DNA of 64,000 nt from positions 46,376,001-46,440,000 of the forward strand of contig OX597816.1 of assembly GCA_951406725.2 (NCBI GenBank), written 5' to 3'. The stretch comes from Octopus vulgaris (taxonomy: Eukaryota). This document shows, one piece after another, positions 1 through 12,030 of the stretch. The notes beneath the pieces were generated by a model. It saw nothing but the letters and a program-made list of their open reading frames with translations, ran no database searches and had not been told where the DNA came from. A program made the translations under genes and the position numbers. The stretch's first letter is position 1, and every line of letters begins with the position of its first letter.

Positions 1-282
1 GATCGGGTATGGTTTCTAGTGGAAAGCTGGAAGGGACTTGAAGATCATAGGTTTTATAACTGGAATGTAAAAGGGCTACACGAAGTACTTGAGACGGCTG
101 ACATCTCTCAGTCACATTGTCTTATTTATCCCCTCTTTACAGGACTAACGCATTCTTCACGTTAAATACACGCACACGCAAAAATACGCGCGCGCCCGTA
201 CACACTACGGGCGCGCGCGCATACACATGCTGGTTCCCATGTCTAAAGAGCTGTCAGTTATTTCCAATTGCAATAGTTGGTA

Positions 283-476
283 TACTCTTTTACTTGTTTC
301 AGTCATTTGACTGTGGCTATGCTGGAGCACCGCCTTTACTCGAGCAAATCGAACCCAGGACTTATTCTTTGTAAGCCTAGTACTTATTCTATCGGTGACT
401 TTTGCCGAACCGATAAGTTACAGGGACGTAAACACACCAGTATCGGTTGTCAAGCGATGTTGGGGGGACAAACACA

Positions 477-538
<62 letters not shown>

Positions 539-700
539 CATATATACGACGGGCTTCTTTCAGTTTCCGCCTACCAAATCCACTCACAAGGCTTTGGTCG
601 GCCCGAGGCTATAGTAGAAGACACTTGCCCAAGGTGCCACGCAGTGGGACTGGACCCGGATCCATGTGGTTGGTAAGCAAGCTACTTACCACATAGCCAC
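283..700 (-). mobile_element. tRNA-derived SINE, family A (CORE-like CCTTGGGCAAGT block, internal CA/TA microsatellite, AAAAGAGT tail)
   Basis: The minus strand reads GTGGCTaTGTGGTAAG (A-box-like) ... GGgTCcAGTCCC (B-box-like) ... CACCTTGGGCAAGTG ... GAAACAAGTAAAAGAGT. About 19 related copies occur in the window. Confidence 0.9.
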
Positions 701-809
701 ATGGCATAACCAGTAATATGTAGTCCGACGTTATATAAAAATGTAATCGTTCTGTTACTCATTTTGCTTGTGCTTTGCATTTTTTAAATTATAGATGTCA
801 CACTAAGGA

Positions 810-1220
810 TGGTAACTTGGCAGAATCGATAGAACGTCGAAAGAAATTCATAGTGGTACTTCTTCCGGTTCCTTCCGATCTGAGTTCAAATCTCGTCGAG
901 CTCAACTTTGCTGTTCATCCTTTTCAGCTCATTAAAATATAGTGCTTGTCAAATACTTGTGTTGGTGGTATCGCACTCACCCTCTCCGTTTAGAAATTGC
1001 TGGCCTAGTGCCTAAAATTTTATTTTCTAATTTTGGCGCAAGGCCGGCAATTTTGAGGGGTGGGAAATCAATTACATCGACTCCGGTACATGAATACTAC
1101 TTGTTTTGTCGATCACGAAAGGAAGAGGCAAAGTTAATCTCAACTTAGAACTTTAAAAAAGCGGAATAAATGCCGCAATGCATTTTGTCCGAGTCCTGCG
1201 CTAACGATTCTGCCAGCTCC
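810..1220. mobile_element. Two degraded older family-B SINE copies in opposite orientation
   Basis: TGGCAGAATCG...TCTGAGTTCAAAT...CTTTGCTGTTCATCCTTT on the plus strand, followed by the reverse-complement pattern ending GCTAACGATTCTGCCAGCTC. Confidence 0.65.
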
Positions 1221-1433
1221 CCTTGTGCCTCAAATTAGAAACCATTATTATAAGTCAGCTAGTTAACCAATTAACTAATCAAAACATCGATTGCTGGATT
1301 AAACTACCTATTAACCAATCAATCAGTCGACTTGTCGGAGTCTTTTTGTCGCCATTCGTGACGTCATTAATGAGCTGCTCTCGTTACTCCAAGACTGTCA
1401 TGTTGAAACCAAGCTAAAGTTGAAATGAGGAAT

Positions 1434-1804
1434 GGGAAGCACTCCGTCGGTTACGGTTGATCCGAATCAACGGAACAGCCTGCTCGTGAAATTAACGTGT
1501 AAGTGGCTGAGCACTCCACAGACACGTGCACCCTTAACGTAGTTCTCGGGGATATTCAGCGTGACACAGAGAGTGACAAGGCCGGCCCTTTGAAATACAG
1601 GTACAACAGAAACAGGAAGTAAGAGTGAGAGAAAGTTGTGGTGAAAGAGTACAGCAGGGATCACCACCATCCCCTGCCGGAGCCTCGTGGAGCTTTAGGT
1701 GTTTTCGCTCAATAAACACTCACAACGCCCGGTCTGGGAATCGAAACCGCGATCCTATGACCGCGAGTCCACTGCCCTAACCACTGAGCCATTGCGCCTC
1801 CATA
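1434..1804 (-). mobile_element. tRNA-derived SINE, family C (tail type 1), with 12-bp TSD
   Basis: Minus-strand head GGAGGCGCAATGGCTCAGTGGTTAGGGCAG...GGTTTCGATTCCC. Flanked by GAAATGAGGAAT (1422-1433) and GAAGTGAGGAAT (1805-1816). Confidence 0.9.
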
Positions 1805-2607
1805 GAAGTGAGGAATACATATAATTAGCTCAAGCTTGAAAATCTACAGAGAGAAAAATTTTTTGTGTGAGGGGAAAATGTTTGGGTGATTAAGTGTGAT
1901 AAAAGGAACACATATGTTCTTTTTATTACAAGTTACTTCAGAATTTCTTGGAAGAATATTATCCAAATGCCTTGAATGTCCATTAGTGGGTCCGAAATCA
2001 GTTGTGCATAAAGCTAAGTTGAAGCTTGAACGAATTACGGAAGTTTACTTGGTGCCTTAAGGCAACAAAACTAAAACACATACCCACACATACCTTCAGA
2101 CACAATTCTGAAATATACGCGCACTAAATAAACACAATCCGTCATTAATACATTCGTGTGTGTGTGTGTGTGTTGTGTCTGTATGATGTGTGTACATATG
2201 GGGTGGGGTACCATCTCACACACACACACATATGATTAAACTATAGGTACATACATCCGTTCATATAATGTCAATATATGAACATACATAGATATTTATA
2301 AATATAAGCACACATACACATGTTTATGTATATGTCGTGTGTGTGTGTGTGTGTGTGTGTGAAAGTTAAATGTATGTATGGGATGATTTTTCATGTATTT
2401 TACACATATATGCTCACACAACAATTCGTTAGAACATAAACGTTCACGAAATACCAGCGAATATACATAACCATTCAATTTTCACATACACACAGATACA
2501 CATCGCTATGCAACACACATGCGGCGGCACGCAACACATACGTGCACATGAAAAAGAACCCATACACGCGAAAAATTATCCCTTACAAATATTTAATTTA
2601 CACATAT

Positions 2608-3003
2608 AGGAGTGGCTGTGTGGTAAGTAGCTTGCTTACCAACCACATAGTTCTGGGTTCATTCCCACTGCGTGGCACCTTGGTCGAGTGTCTTCTACTA
2701 TAGCCTCGGGCCGACCAAAGCCTTGTGAGTGGATTTGGTGGACGGAAACTGAAAGAAGCCCGTCATATATATGTATATACATGTATGTGCGTGTATATGT
2801 TTGTATGTCTGTGTTTGTCCCCCCCAACATTGCTTGACAACCGATGCTGGTGTGTTTACGTCCCCGTAACTTATCGGTTCGGCAAAAGTCACCGATAGAA
2901 TAAGTACTAGACTTACAAAGAATAAGCCGTGGGTTCGATTTGCTTGAGTAAAGGCGGTGCTCCAGCATGGCCGCAGTCAAATGACTGAAACAAGTAAAAG
3001 AGT
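2608..3003 (+). mobile_element. SINE family A, near full length
   Basis: GGAGTGGCTGTGTGGTAAG head through AACAAGTAAAAGAGT tail; inverted relative to the copy at 283-700. Confidence 0.9.
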
Positions 3004-3260
3004 AATACATATATGCAAGCATATAATCACATACACACACGCTTTTTCCTGTATACACCGACCTACCTACACACACACACACATACACACACACACGAAG
3101 CACAATGCAATGCACTCATATCTATTTATGTGGTGAGTCCCTCAGAACTTATTGACCAGAAATCCACAGGGCTTTCACCTACACACGTTCACTCCATGTA
3201 AGCATATAAACATTCTGTACACCCCGCCGCATACACAACGAAGCACCATGCTATTCACAT

Positions 3261-3332
<72 letters not shown>

Positions 3333-4989
3333 AATCATACACACACGTTTATGTGGAGCGGCTCTCAGAACTTGGTGACCAGAAAACCGTAGGAGTTTGT
3401 AACTGATGCCAAACTCACCTCGTAACTATATCTTAATAGCATTCACCTCTTGCTACGTTTTGCACCAGAAAGACGCAGGCTTGACTTAAATACAAAAAAA
3501 AAAAAAATTGACTGCTAGCAAACAAGGTGTAATGCAACGAAAAATCCATCAACCCAAATGGTAGACCCCGTTGGATATCTTCACGTTGAGTTTGCCAATT
3601 ATTAATATTGATTAGTTAGGATAAATTTTAACTGGCAGTACAACCCCCTAGGCAACCACTGATACCGTAATATACCCTAGTACTGCCCGTTTGTTTTAAT
3701 TTCTACTGCTTTATCAACGAAGGAGTTGTTGGTTGAGGAAACAATCTTATGGAAGTAAGTAATTTATCTAGAACTTTTTTCTTTTAGATGAGTGAGTTCC
3801 GATATGTTATTTCGCTGAAATTTCCGCGATCTTAGTGCAACGTTAAGAGAATTTTGGCACTCGGCCCAACTTTTCACAGTAACTGGAGCTTCTGAGAATT
3901 TTAAAGTTATATTTTGTTGTAGTTGTTATTGTTGTTGTTATGGTCGCTGCTGCTGTTGTTGTTGTTGTTGTTGTTGCTGGTGGTGGTGGTGGTGGTGGTG
4001 TGTGTGTTTTATATCTTCATTTTGTATTTTCCAGTGATCGTTCGTACTGGAATATGTCATTTCTAAGTTCTCTGGGCATAAAGAGGTTGGGAGATAATTT
4101 CGAATCCATCGTTGCTTTTTTTATCTGTAGAATTATGGATTCGGAAATATTACAGTTAAATAGCTAAAGAAAGACAACTAGTCTTTTCCAAATCCTGTAT
4201 AGCAATAGAGTCAGTAATCAAATCCAGTTTCTCTAAAGTTAAACGAATTGGTGATGACCGTCTCCCTTAGTAGGAAATCTTTCACGCATTACCTAGCGAA
4301 AACATTTCACAATTACACAGTACCATGGTACTATCGTTGTTTATGACAAAGTACTATACTTCCCTATCTACATCTAGATAGAATTGTACGAAAACAGTTA
4401 AGTATTGTTTTCAGAGACACCGTACGTTCAACGATTCAAAGAAGTACAGCTTTGTTCTGTTTCTCTATAGCAATTACTTACAATTCCAAAATGAAGTCAA
4501 GTTCCCATCCCTGTTCTAAGAGATGATAAAATAAGATTTCAAATAGATAAACTATATTCTATGTCTTATCTAATAATACATTTTCTTTTCTTTTGCACAA
4601 CGATTTTGTTTAAGACTTATTGCATAGATTTCCTCACTTAACTGTAAAGCATACAAAGATAAAAGTCATGACATTGATGTGAATTAAGTTGGGTTTACTT
4701 TTTTTTTTGCAATTCTTTTGGTTTCCATTCAACCACTTGAGAGAAAAGGGACCAAATGGAAGATGAGTGTCACTGGCAGACTTTTGCGAAAAACCATAAA
4801 AAGGCCCTACAAAAAAATCTCATTAAATGGGCAATTAAAAAAGTGTAATGGGGTACATCTCCCGTTAAGAAGAGATGTACATACCTCTTTACAATTGAGA
4901 AGGGATTTATTTCCTATGAAGGTGAGTCCCGTGAAGAAGAGCTCCTCTCCAACGAGAAGGAATCCGTCTCCTCAGACGTGAAAACGACT

Positions 4990-6165
4990 TTTCACGAAGA
5001 GGAACCTAGCTGCTTCCCGAATGAAACGTAGCTCACAGTCCTTTGCAGTGAAATAATAGATCTAGTATATCATAAACACAAAGAGCTTCTTAAACGAAGT
5101 GCTGATCTGGAAGGAGGTCGAATCAAATTACATACAGCACTAAAAACTTCTAAGAAACTTATTATCTAGAAGACGTGGGTCTCACTCGCTCACTCTGACC
5201 CATGCGGTCCTCACGGAAGATTCTGGACTTTCAGGCCATTGTGTCAATTTGTATATATTATTGAGACCATAGTGAAGATCCTGATTTTCCAAAAGATATC
5301 GAGGACCTCTGAATTCTATTTGAAATTTCATCATCAAGATTTGCATCTCTGTTTAACATACTGCCAAGATATTTGAAAGTAGAAACGCTTTTTAAAATGA
5401 ACCATATACCATTATTTTAGAACCGAGGCTTTCTAGGTCAGGGCTGATAAAGAATAGCAGTTTTCTTGTGTTTTTGCTGACATGAATTGGTATCTCTTCA
5501 ATACACACGACTTGTATTGAATATCATCTTGCACTACAATTCTGACACTCCTTGCCAATATATTAAGTTCTTTAGAGATCCTCACTGATTTTCCGAATTT
5601 TGTGTACAAAAGATCTTGCAGCATTTTGAAAGATTCATTGTGATGCCTAACAAGTTACATGCCAATAAAACTTTATCGATAAGATTGTGAGGATTGTTTT
5701 TTTATTTCCGTGCGACAATATCATTGTCATCAGCATACAAGGTGTCTTCTATCAGAGATATTAAAATATGCGATTTAGAATTTGAGGTTGAGTAACTCAC
5801 CGGTTATATGGTAATGTATGATAAATACCTGCAGAATAGTCTTTGAAAGCGAATGAATCAATATTGAAATGTATAAGGCAAATATTAGTAAACCACTGAT
5901 TGAAAAATAGCTCTGAGTATTTTCCACCAATTACAAAACAGATTCTTATATTATCATGCAAAGCTTGAAGTTTGTAAATTTATCAGGACAAACAACTAAG
6001 TAAGGTCAATGAAGAAATGATAATTATCAACTCCCTGTTCAATGCGTTTTTCACGTAACTGACGAGCTGAAAATATTATATCATTGGTGCTGATTGAAGA
6101 AGACATATCTCAATGTAGTAAATGAGTCTGTTAAGAATAAGTTGCTCAGGATTTTTCCTACAAAA
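4990..6165 (-). pseudogene. Degraded RTE-like LINE reverse transcriptase
   Basis: Minus-strand fragments read RQLREKRIEQ (~6035-6065), FFIDL (~6000-6020) and LYADDNDIV (~5715-5742, catalytic YADD motif). Many stops and frameshifts. Confidence 0.7.
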
Positions 6166-6166
6166 G

Positions 6167-6380
6167 GCAACGAACTGGCAGAATCGTTAGCATGCCAGAC
6201 AAAATGCTAAACGGTACTTCGTCTGTCTTTACGTTCTGAGGTTCGAATTCTGCTGAAGCCGACTTTGTCTTTCAATCTTTCAGGATCAATGAAACAAGTA
6301 CCAATTGAACATTGGGTTCGATGTAATCGACTTAACCCCTCCCCGAAATTGCTGGCCTTGTGCCAACATTTTAAACCAGC
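6167..6380 (+). mobile_element. SINE family B, older tail type
   Basis: GGCAACGAACTGGCAGAATCGTTAGC...TACGTTCTGAGGTTCGAATTC...CCCGAAATTGCTGGCCTTGTGCC. Confidence 0.8.
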
Positions 6381-6479
6381 ATTTTTCTTCCTCAATGACG
6401 AAAAATATTTTTAAAAAACCTTGAAAACTACCGCATATGTCTGTAGTGAATCTTGCAAGCATGAAGTGGATTCGATCCA

Positions 6480-7590
6480 CCATAGCCAAATTTAAATTAA
6501 CACTGCAACAGAACTTTTCCCACGGTGGAACAATGGTTTTTCTCTGACGGCAGTATACATTTTCCAGATGCCTTTAGCTAGGCCGAAATAATGTCTTCAC
6601 CACTTGACCCTTATAACCTCTTCTACTTCACCAAAAGCCAGAATAGATATAACAAGACCACCAACTAAATCTATTGTTCTCAATGATATATCTAACCTTC
6701 TGGATAGTTATAAAAGCAAGAACACCCCAAGCAAAAGTCAGTCGGTGACGACTCAATGAGTTCAGTCGCATGGTGACGACTCAATGAGAACGAAGTCTGA
6801 CTGACCAGCTAGAACCTTGGTCAGAGGGAGAAATGAAGTTTACTGTCAGCAACTGTGAGACAACGGCCCACAACCCTGCAACTCTCATTAGCTCAAATTC
6901 TGTTCTCTTAGAACATCATTCTATCTTTCTCTGTAATTACTACTAAACAATGAAGAGAACACAAACACAAACTTTACTTCGCATGCTTTTGGATTTATCA
7001 TAACCTGCTCGTCGAGGCAAGGCATTATAACGTAACGGTAAATAAATATTTCCTTAAAACTTCATGCATTGTCCATCTTTCACATCCTACAGTATGCCGT
7101 TATAATAACAAATTTTTATGGTTACAACTGCTGACTCTGATATTTCATATTATTGTGTACCTAATCAATCTTATCCATTTGTAATATGTCTTTACCACTG
7201 TTTCCTTAGTATAATACCTCCAGTCTTCAAACTGTATCAATTTCCTACATATTAAATATAAGATGCAGAATATAAAGAGTCCTATCCCTTCCACCACCCT
7301 AATATAATCACTTCTGTTCGAATGACATCAAAATTAGAGTTTCTGTTTTCAACTTAACACAAAGCAGTTCTCATTTCAGGAAAATTTCATCGATCTTAAA
7401 AAAATTTTTTAATCTTTTATTGGAAGTCACTTAAAACAAGGAGGAGAGCAACTAACAATAAAACAGGTTTCAATCAACCAGTTAGTTACGGATGAAAAAG
7501 AAAAAGAAATAAAGAATTCTAATGAGAATCTTTCTTAACAATCATAAAACGATCACCGAGAGCTTTGCTGGATGAGGACCAATATATATA
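6480..7590 (-). pseudogene. Possible highly degraded LINE AP-endonuclease region
   Basis: Only faint motifs on the minus strand (LVLSDF ~7425-7445; GGIILRKQW ~7195-7225), co-oriented with the RT relic downstream. Confidence 0.3.
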
Positions 7591-7720
7591 CTTAACAAAT
7601 TACGAAAATACCCTTATATCCGTTAGTTCTGTTTGAAAATAAGTGTTTTGCCATTCTTAGTCCTATAAACACACGCACGTCGCACACACTTATGTCTATG
7701 TATGGATATGGATATATATA

Positions 7721-7756
<36 letters not shown>

Positions 7757-8254
7757 TGTATGTATGTATGTATGTATGCATGTATGTATGAATGTATGTA
7801 TGTATGTATGTATACGCCCATACATAGACACACGTGGAATATGTCGATGTGGGCGTGCACGCGCTCTCTGTAGAAAATCCATAATTTCGCAAGAAATATA
7901 CTTACACAACTGGAAAAAAAAACCTATGAGCTTATTTCCCGTTACGGACACCAATATATCCATTTTAAAAACGGTAAATACGCAACGTCGTAACAGCGGA
8001 AAAAACATTGGCGACACGACAGTGTCAACCCCAACAGAAAAGCAAAACAAACTGACCGACATATTAAGAAAATATCCGTAAAAGATATCGATTTAGAGAC
8101 GTGCTCAAAATACGTAAAGTAATAATATGAAAAATGCATTTTTTTAAACGCATCAAATATGTGCGTGTATGTGTGAGTGCGTGTTTTTGTCTGCCTGTTT
8201 ATATATGTACAGCAATTGACTCGCACAATGGTGCACTCATACTGCGAGGTTCTA

Positions 8255-8311
<57 letters not shown>

Positions 8312-8375
8312 GGAGTAAACACATAAATGTGAAACAAGGTGGAAAAAAGAGTACTCAAATACCAGTGGTAGAGTA

Positions 8376-8537
8376 ATATGCTTTATTTAAAGCAGCAGAA
8401 AATTCAACAAAATCTGTTACTCTGAGTTTCTCGTTGCCGTTCATCAGACAGTTTTTGCTAGAAAAAACTGTCTGATGAACGGCAACGAGAAACTCAAAGT
8501 AACAGATTTTGTTGAATTTTCTGCTGCTTTAAATAAA

Positions 8538-8543
<6 letters not shown>
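8376..8543. mobile_element. Near-perfect palindrome (~80-bp arms), Penelope-like inverted terminal repeat in (TA)n
   Basis: GCTTTATTTAAAGCAGCAGAAAATTCAAC...TTTTTGCTAGAAAAA...GTTGAATTTTCTGCTGCTTTAAATAAAG. Each arm carries a minimal hammerhead motif. Confidence 0.75.
8468..8505 (+). ncRNA. Minimal type I hammerhead ribozyme motif (mirror copy on minus strand 8414-8451)
   Basis: CTGT-CTGATGA-ACG GCAA CGA-GAAAC-TCAAA-GTA-ACAG: stem I CTGT/ACAG, intact CUGAUGA and GAAA core, GUA cleavage triplet. Confidence 0.7.
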
Positions 8544-8595
<52 letters not shown>

Positions 8596-8636
8596 TTAGA
8601 TACGTACATACATACACACATATGTGTGTATTTCTG

Positions 8637-8910
8637 AAGGCGCATGGCTCAGTGGTTAGAGCATCAGGCTCACAATCGTGAGGTTGTGAGGTCGATGCCC
8701 GGATCGGATTATATATTGTGTTCTTGAGCAAGACACTTTATTTTCACGTTGCTTCAGCTTACTCAGCTGCCAAGCTGTATCAGCCTTTGCCTTTCCCTTG
8801 GACAACATCTGTGCCGTGTTCTACAACCAACATTGCTCGGACTTGTGCCTTAGAGGGAAACTGTCTAGGTTCAATTCTATGGTTATTCGTGAGTAAAGGG
8901 GTTCTTATAT
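8637..8910 (+). mobile_element. Older tRNA-derived CORE-like SINE
   Basis: GGCGCATGGCTCAGTGGTTAGAGC head followed by TGTGTTCTTGAGCAAGACACTTT. A related head and core occur at 21233-21530. Confidence 0.6.
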
Positions 8911-9219
8911 AAATGTATGTATTCTTCCTAGGACCTGTTACAGAACTGGTAGTTTATAACATCAAACCTAAAAGGATGAAAGGTAAACTAGACTTCGGCT
9001 GGACTTGAACTCAGAGAGCATAGAGCCGAAGCGATTGCTGCAATGCAATATATCTGGCACTGTAACGATTCTATCAAATGGTTGCCTAATGATTCTACTC
9101 TTTTGTATGCGGCAAGGTAGACAAATACTGTGCTGATGACGCTTGTTGAAACAGAAACTCATGTTCATGGCTCGCCTCTTGCTTCCAGAAGAAAAAAAGG
9201 ACATCGTTTTAGTTAGTGG

Positions 9220-9274
<55 letters not shown>

Positions 9275-10031
9275 ACACACACATGCATACATATATATAT
9301 GAGCGTTGGTGTTATGTATGTTCATTAAAAGTACACAACCTGAAGCCAACAAAAGAGAAGACCATGTTAAAATCAAGTCTTCTCAATCAAGGTTTGAAAG
9401 ACAGTGATGTTTGTCGGCAGACATAAAATAATATTGATACACGTGTGACCCCCAAACAACAGCTACAGCTAATTATAAAGGAATGTGTTACAACAGGTGA
9501 AGAATACCTGGCTCTCCAGATAGGTGCGTAAGAGAGAGTAGAGGGGGAGAACATGGACAGATGTGTGAATGCATGCGTATATAAGTGTATGAGTGAGTTT
9601 GACTCTGTTAGTATTTATGGCCTTTTGTGTGGGTGAGTCAGATATTGTCATAGTGTTTATGTTCTATATATATATATATATCAGTGAGTAGGTCACGTCG
9701 TGTGTGTGTGTGTGTGTATGATCTTTATGTAAGGTGGGCATATGTTGCTATGTCGTTGAGGGCGTTGGTGCAGCTTATGGTTACTGTTGTATTATGGCGT
9801 GTGACCCAACACGTCTATCTGCTTCTCTGTCGTCTCTGTCTATCTGTCTGTCTGTTTCAATGTCCGACCCTCTGGTTAACAGTCCGTCTTTTTATATCTA
9901 TGTTACAGCCTCTTTTCCTCTTTCGACGCTACCCCGTATTACTTGTCTCATAATATGTATGTCATCCACCCATTTATACGAATGTCTATGTTATGTACAT
10001 ACACGGATATAAACGTATGTGGAAGAGTATG

Positions 10032-10102
<71 letters not shown>

Positions 10103-10106
<4 letters not shown>

Positions 10107-10562
10107 CAAAGTTATAGAAAAACAAAGACGAAAACAGATGTAGGAACAACAAGCAAGTATATTAGTTTGATGCTCAGGAAGAATGGAAGAGTCTTTTACG
10201 TTTCGGGTTTACGCTCTTCGACAGAAAGGAATAAGAGAAAAAATGAGAGAGAATAAAAAATAAAAACATGCTGACTGAACTTCCCACTCTCTTGGACTTG
10301 TATATATTAACCACTTCCAGACCTTTCAACACTTCTCCTTATCCACATACCACCACTCCACCCGGATTACCACTGAATCTTCGTACTTTTTTGGATTCTA
10401 TCTTCACGGATCTCACTGGCTATTCTTTCTGTGTTCCTTTCTGTGGAAGAGCGTAGGCTCGAAACGTTAAAGACTTTTTCACTTCCCGAGCGTTATACTA
10501 ATACATCTGTTTACTGTCTACACTACCTGTCTTCGTCTTTTGTTTTTTTTTGTAAATTTTCC

Positions 10563-10565
<3 letters not shown>
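10103..10565. mobile_element. Penelope-like element remnant with inverted terminal repeats, between (TA)n tracts
   Basis: 10115-10235 is an imperfect reverse complement of 10430-10550. Both arms contain minimal hammerhead-like motifs (10193-10228 minus; 10437-10472 plus). Confidence 0.7.
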
Positions 10566-10628
<63 letters not shown>

Positions 10629-10785
10629 ATTAATCGTCGCGCTCGCAATAGCATTGCTTAAAGTTTCACGTGTTTTCTCATTCATGTAAAAACATTAAGC
10701 AATGCGATTCCAAGTCAATCTCTTAAAATATATGTATATATGTGCATGAATGTACTGAAGAAGTTCAGATATCCTACATTACGTC

Positions 10786-11316
10786 ATATGGGAATTCCGG
10801 CACTCATGACGGACGAATTTCGTCTGTTATGATCTATGTGTATGCTTTTATGCACCAAACGCCTATATGAGAGGATCTCTACAGGCTAATAACGCAGTAT
10901 TCGGTGTACTAGCAAAACATACATGTTAAGTTGGATATAAAGATCATCTTTTGGTATTAACATTGCTTCTGTCACTGATAATTAATGTCTAATAAGCCAG
11001 CTGGCTATTTACGACATCAGCTTCTAAAAATAGCTTTATTCTATATATCATGGCAGCGAAATCTGACTGACATGCGGTGATCGGTGCTTCCCACTGACGA
11101 GGTCCAACAGAACGAAATCACGGGATATGGGAATTACGGCGGGCATGACAAACGGAATTTCGTCTGCTGTGATCTATGTATGTGCTTTTATACACCAAGG
11201 GCCGGTCTAAAAGAGAGGATCTCTAAAGGCTAATAACGCAGTATTCGCTGTTCTAGCAAGGCATCCATGTTAAGTTGTATATAAAGATTACCTTTTGGTA
11301 TTAATACTGCCTCCGT
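10786..11316 (+). repeat. 339-bp tandem repeat (~1.55 units) with a hammerhead ribozyme; candidate non-LTR retrozyme
   Basis: ATATGGGAATT...ATGAC...AATTTCGTCTG...GATCTATG...GAGAGGATCTCTA..GGCTAATAACGCAGTATTCG...CTTTTGGTATTAA recurs at 10786 and 11125. Confidence 0.8.
11088..11133 (+). ncRNA. Type I hammerhead ribozyme
   Basis: TTCCCA-CTGACGA-GGTC CAACA GAAC-GAAA-TC ACGG GA-TA-TGGGAA: 6-bp stem I, intact core, stem II with one mismatch, stem III with a tetraloop, AUA triplet with predicted cleavage after 11127. Confidence 0.8.
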
Positions 11317-11319
11317 AGG

Positions 11320-11362
11320 TACTACTACTATTACTACCACCACCACCACCACCACCACCACC

Positions 11363-11429
<67 letters not shown>

Positions 11430-11441
11430 ATAATAATAATA
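11320..11441. repeat. (ACT)n/(ACC)n/(AAT)n compound trinucleotide microsatellite
   Basis: Seen directly in the sequence. Confidence 0.95.
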
Positions 11442-12030
11442 TTAATATATCCGTAATAGTTCGCAAAAATCGTGAATTACAATATTTTTCCGCTTGCAAC
11501 TTTATTGATGAAGCATGTCTCAAAATGCCAAGTACCTGTTGAAACAAAATCATTGGTTAAAACAGAATTTGGTCGTGTAAAATACTTAGCAAATAAATCT
11601 ACAGATGCTGTTAGTGAGTAAAAATAAGCAACAGTTATTTGGAGTGTTGATTGATGTACGTTACATCTCCTAATGGAATCTAATTAAAACTAAAAGTGGG
11701 AACGTTGTAACATATATCGAATCAATATACGAATATCATCAAAAAGCTTGTAGTGGATCCGCCGGATTCTGATTTTTCTTACATCCGTCCATTTTGTTAG
11801 CTTTATTCCCCGCCCGCTTACGTTTTTTGTTTGTTTGTTCTCGAAACAAATATTTATTAAATTAAAGCAAAATCCATAATACTTCCTTTGTTTTTTGCAA
11901 TCCTTGGCTTAATGTGGTTTTTACTGCAAGAAACATGTATTTGCCGAACGTGCCGGGAATCTTGTCGAGTTAATATTCGCCACACAATTGAATTGATTTC
12001 AGAAACAATATGCTTCTGTAAGGCGACATC

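Noticed and set aside
38-80. LKII...NWNVKGL, resembling the start of a LINE AP endonuclease
   Set aside because: It is a single short motif with no supporting downstream sequence.
277-696. Recurrent ORF peptides (YDGLLSVSVYQIHSQGFGRPEAIVEDTCPRCHAVG; [26 protein letters not shown])
   Set aside because: They look like a multigene family but are readings of SINE A and SINE B sequence.
10755-10790. CTGAAGA upstream of the first retrozyme-like unit
   Set aside because: No stem II or GAAA follows; homology to the repeat starts only at 10786.
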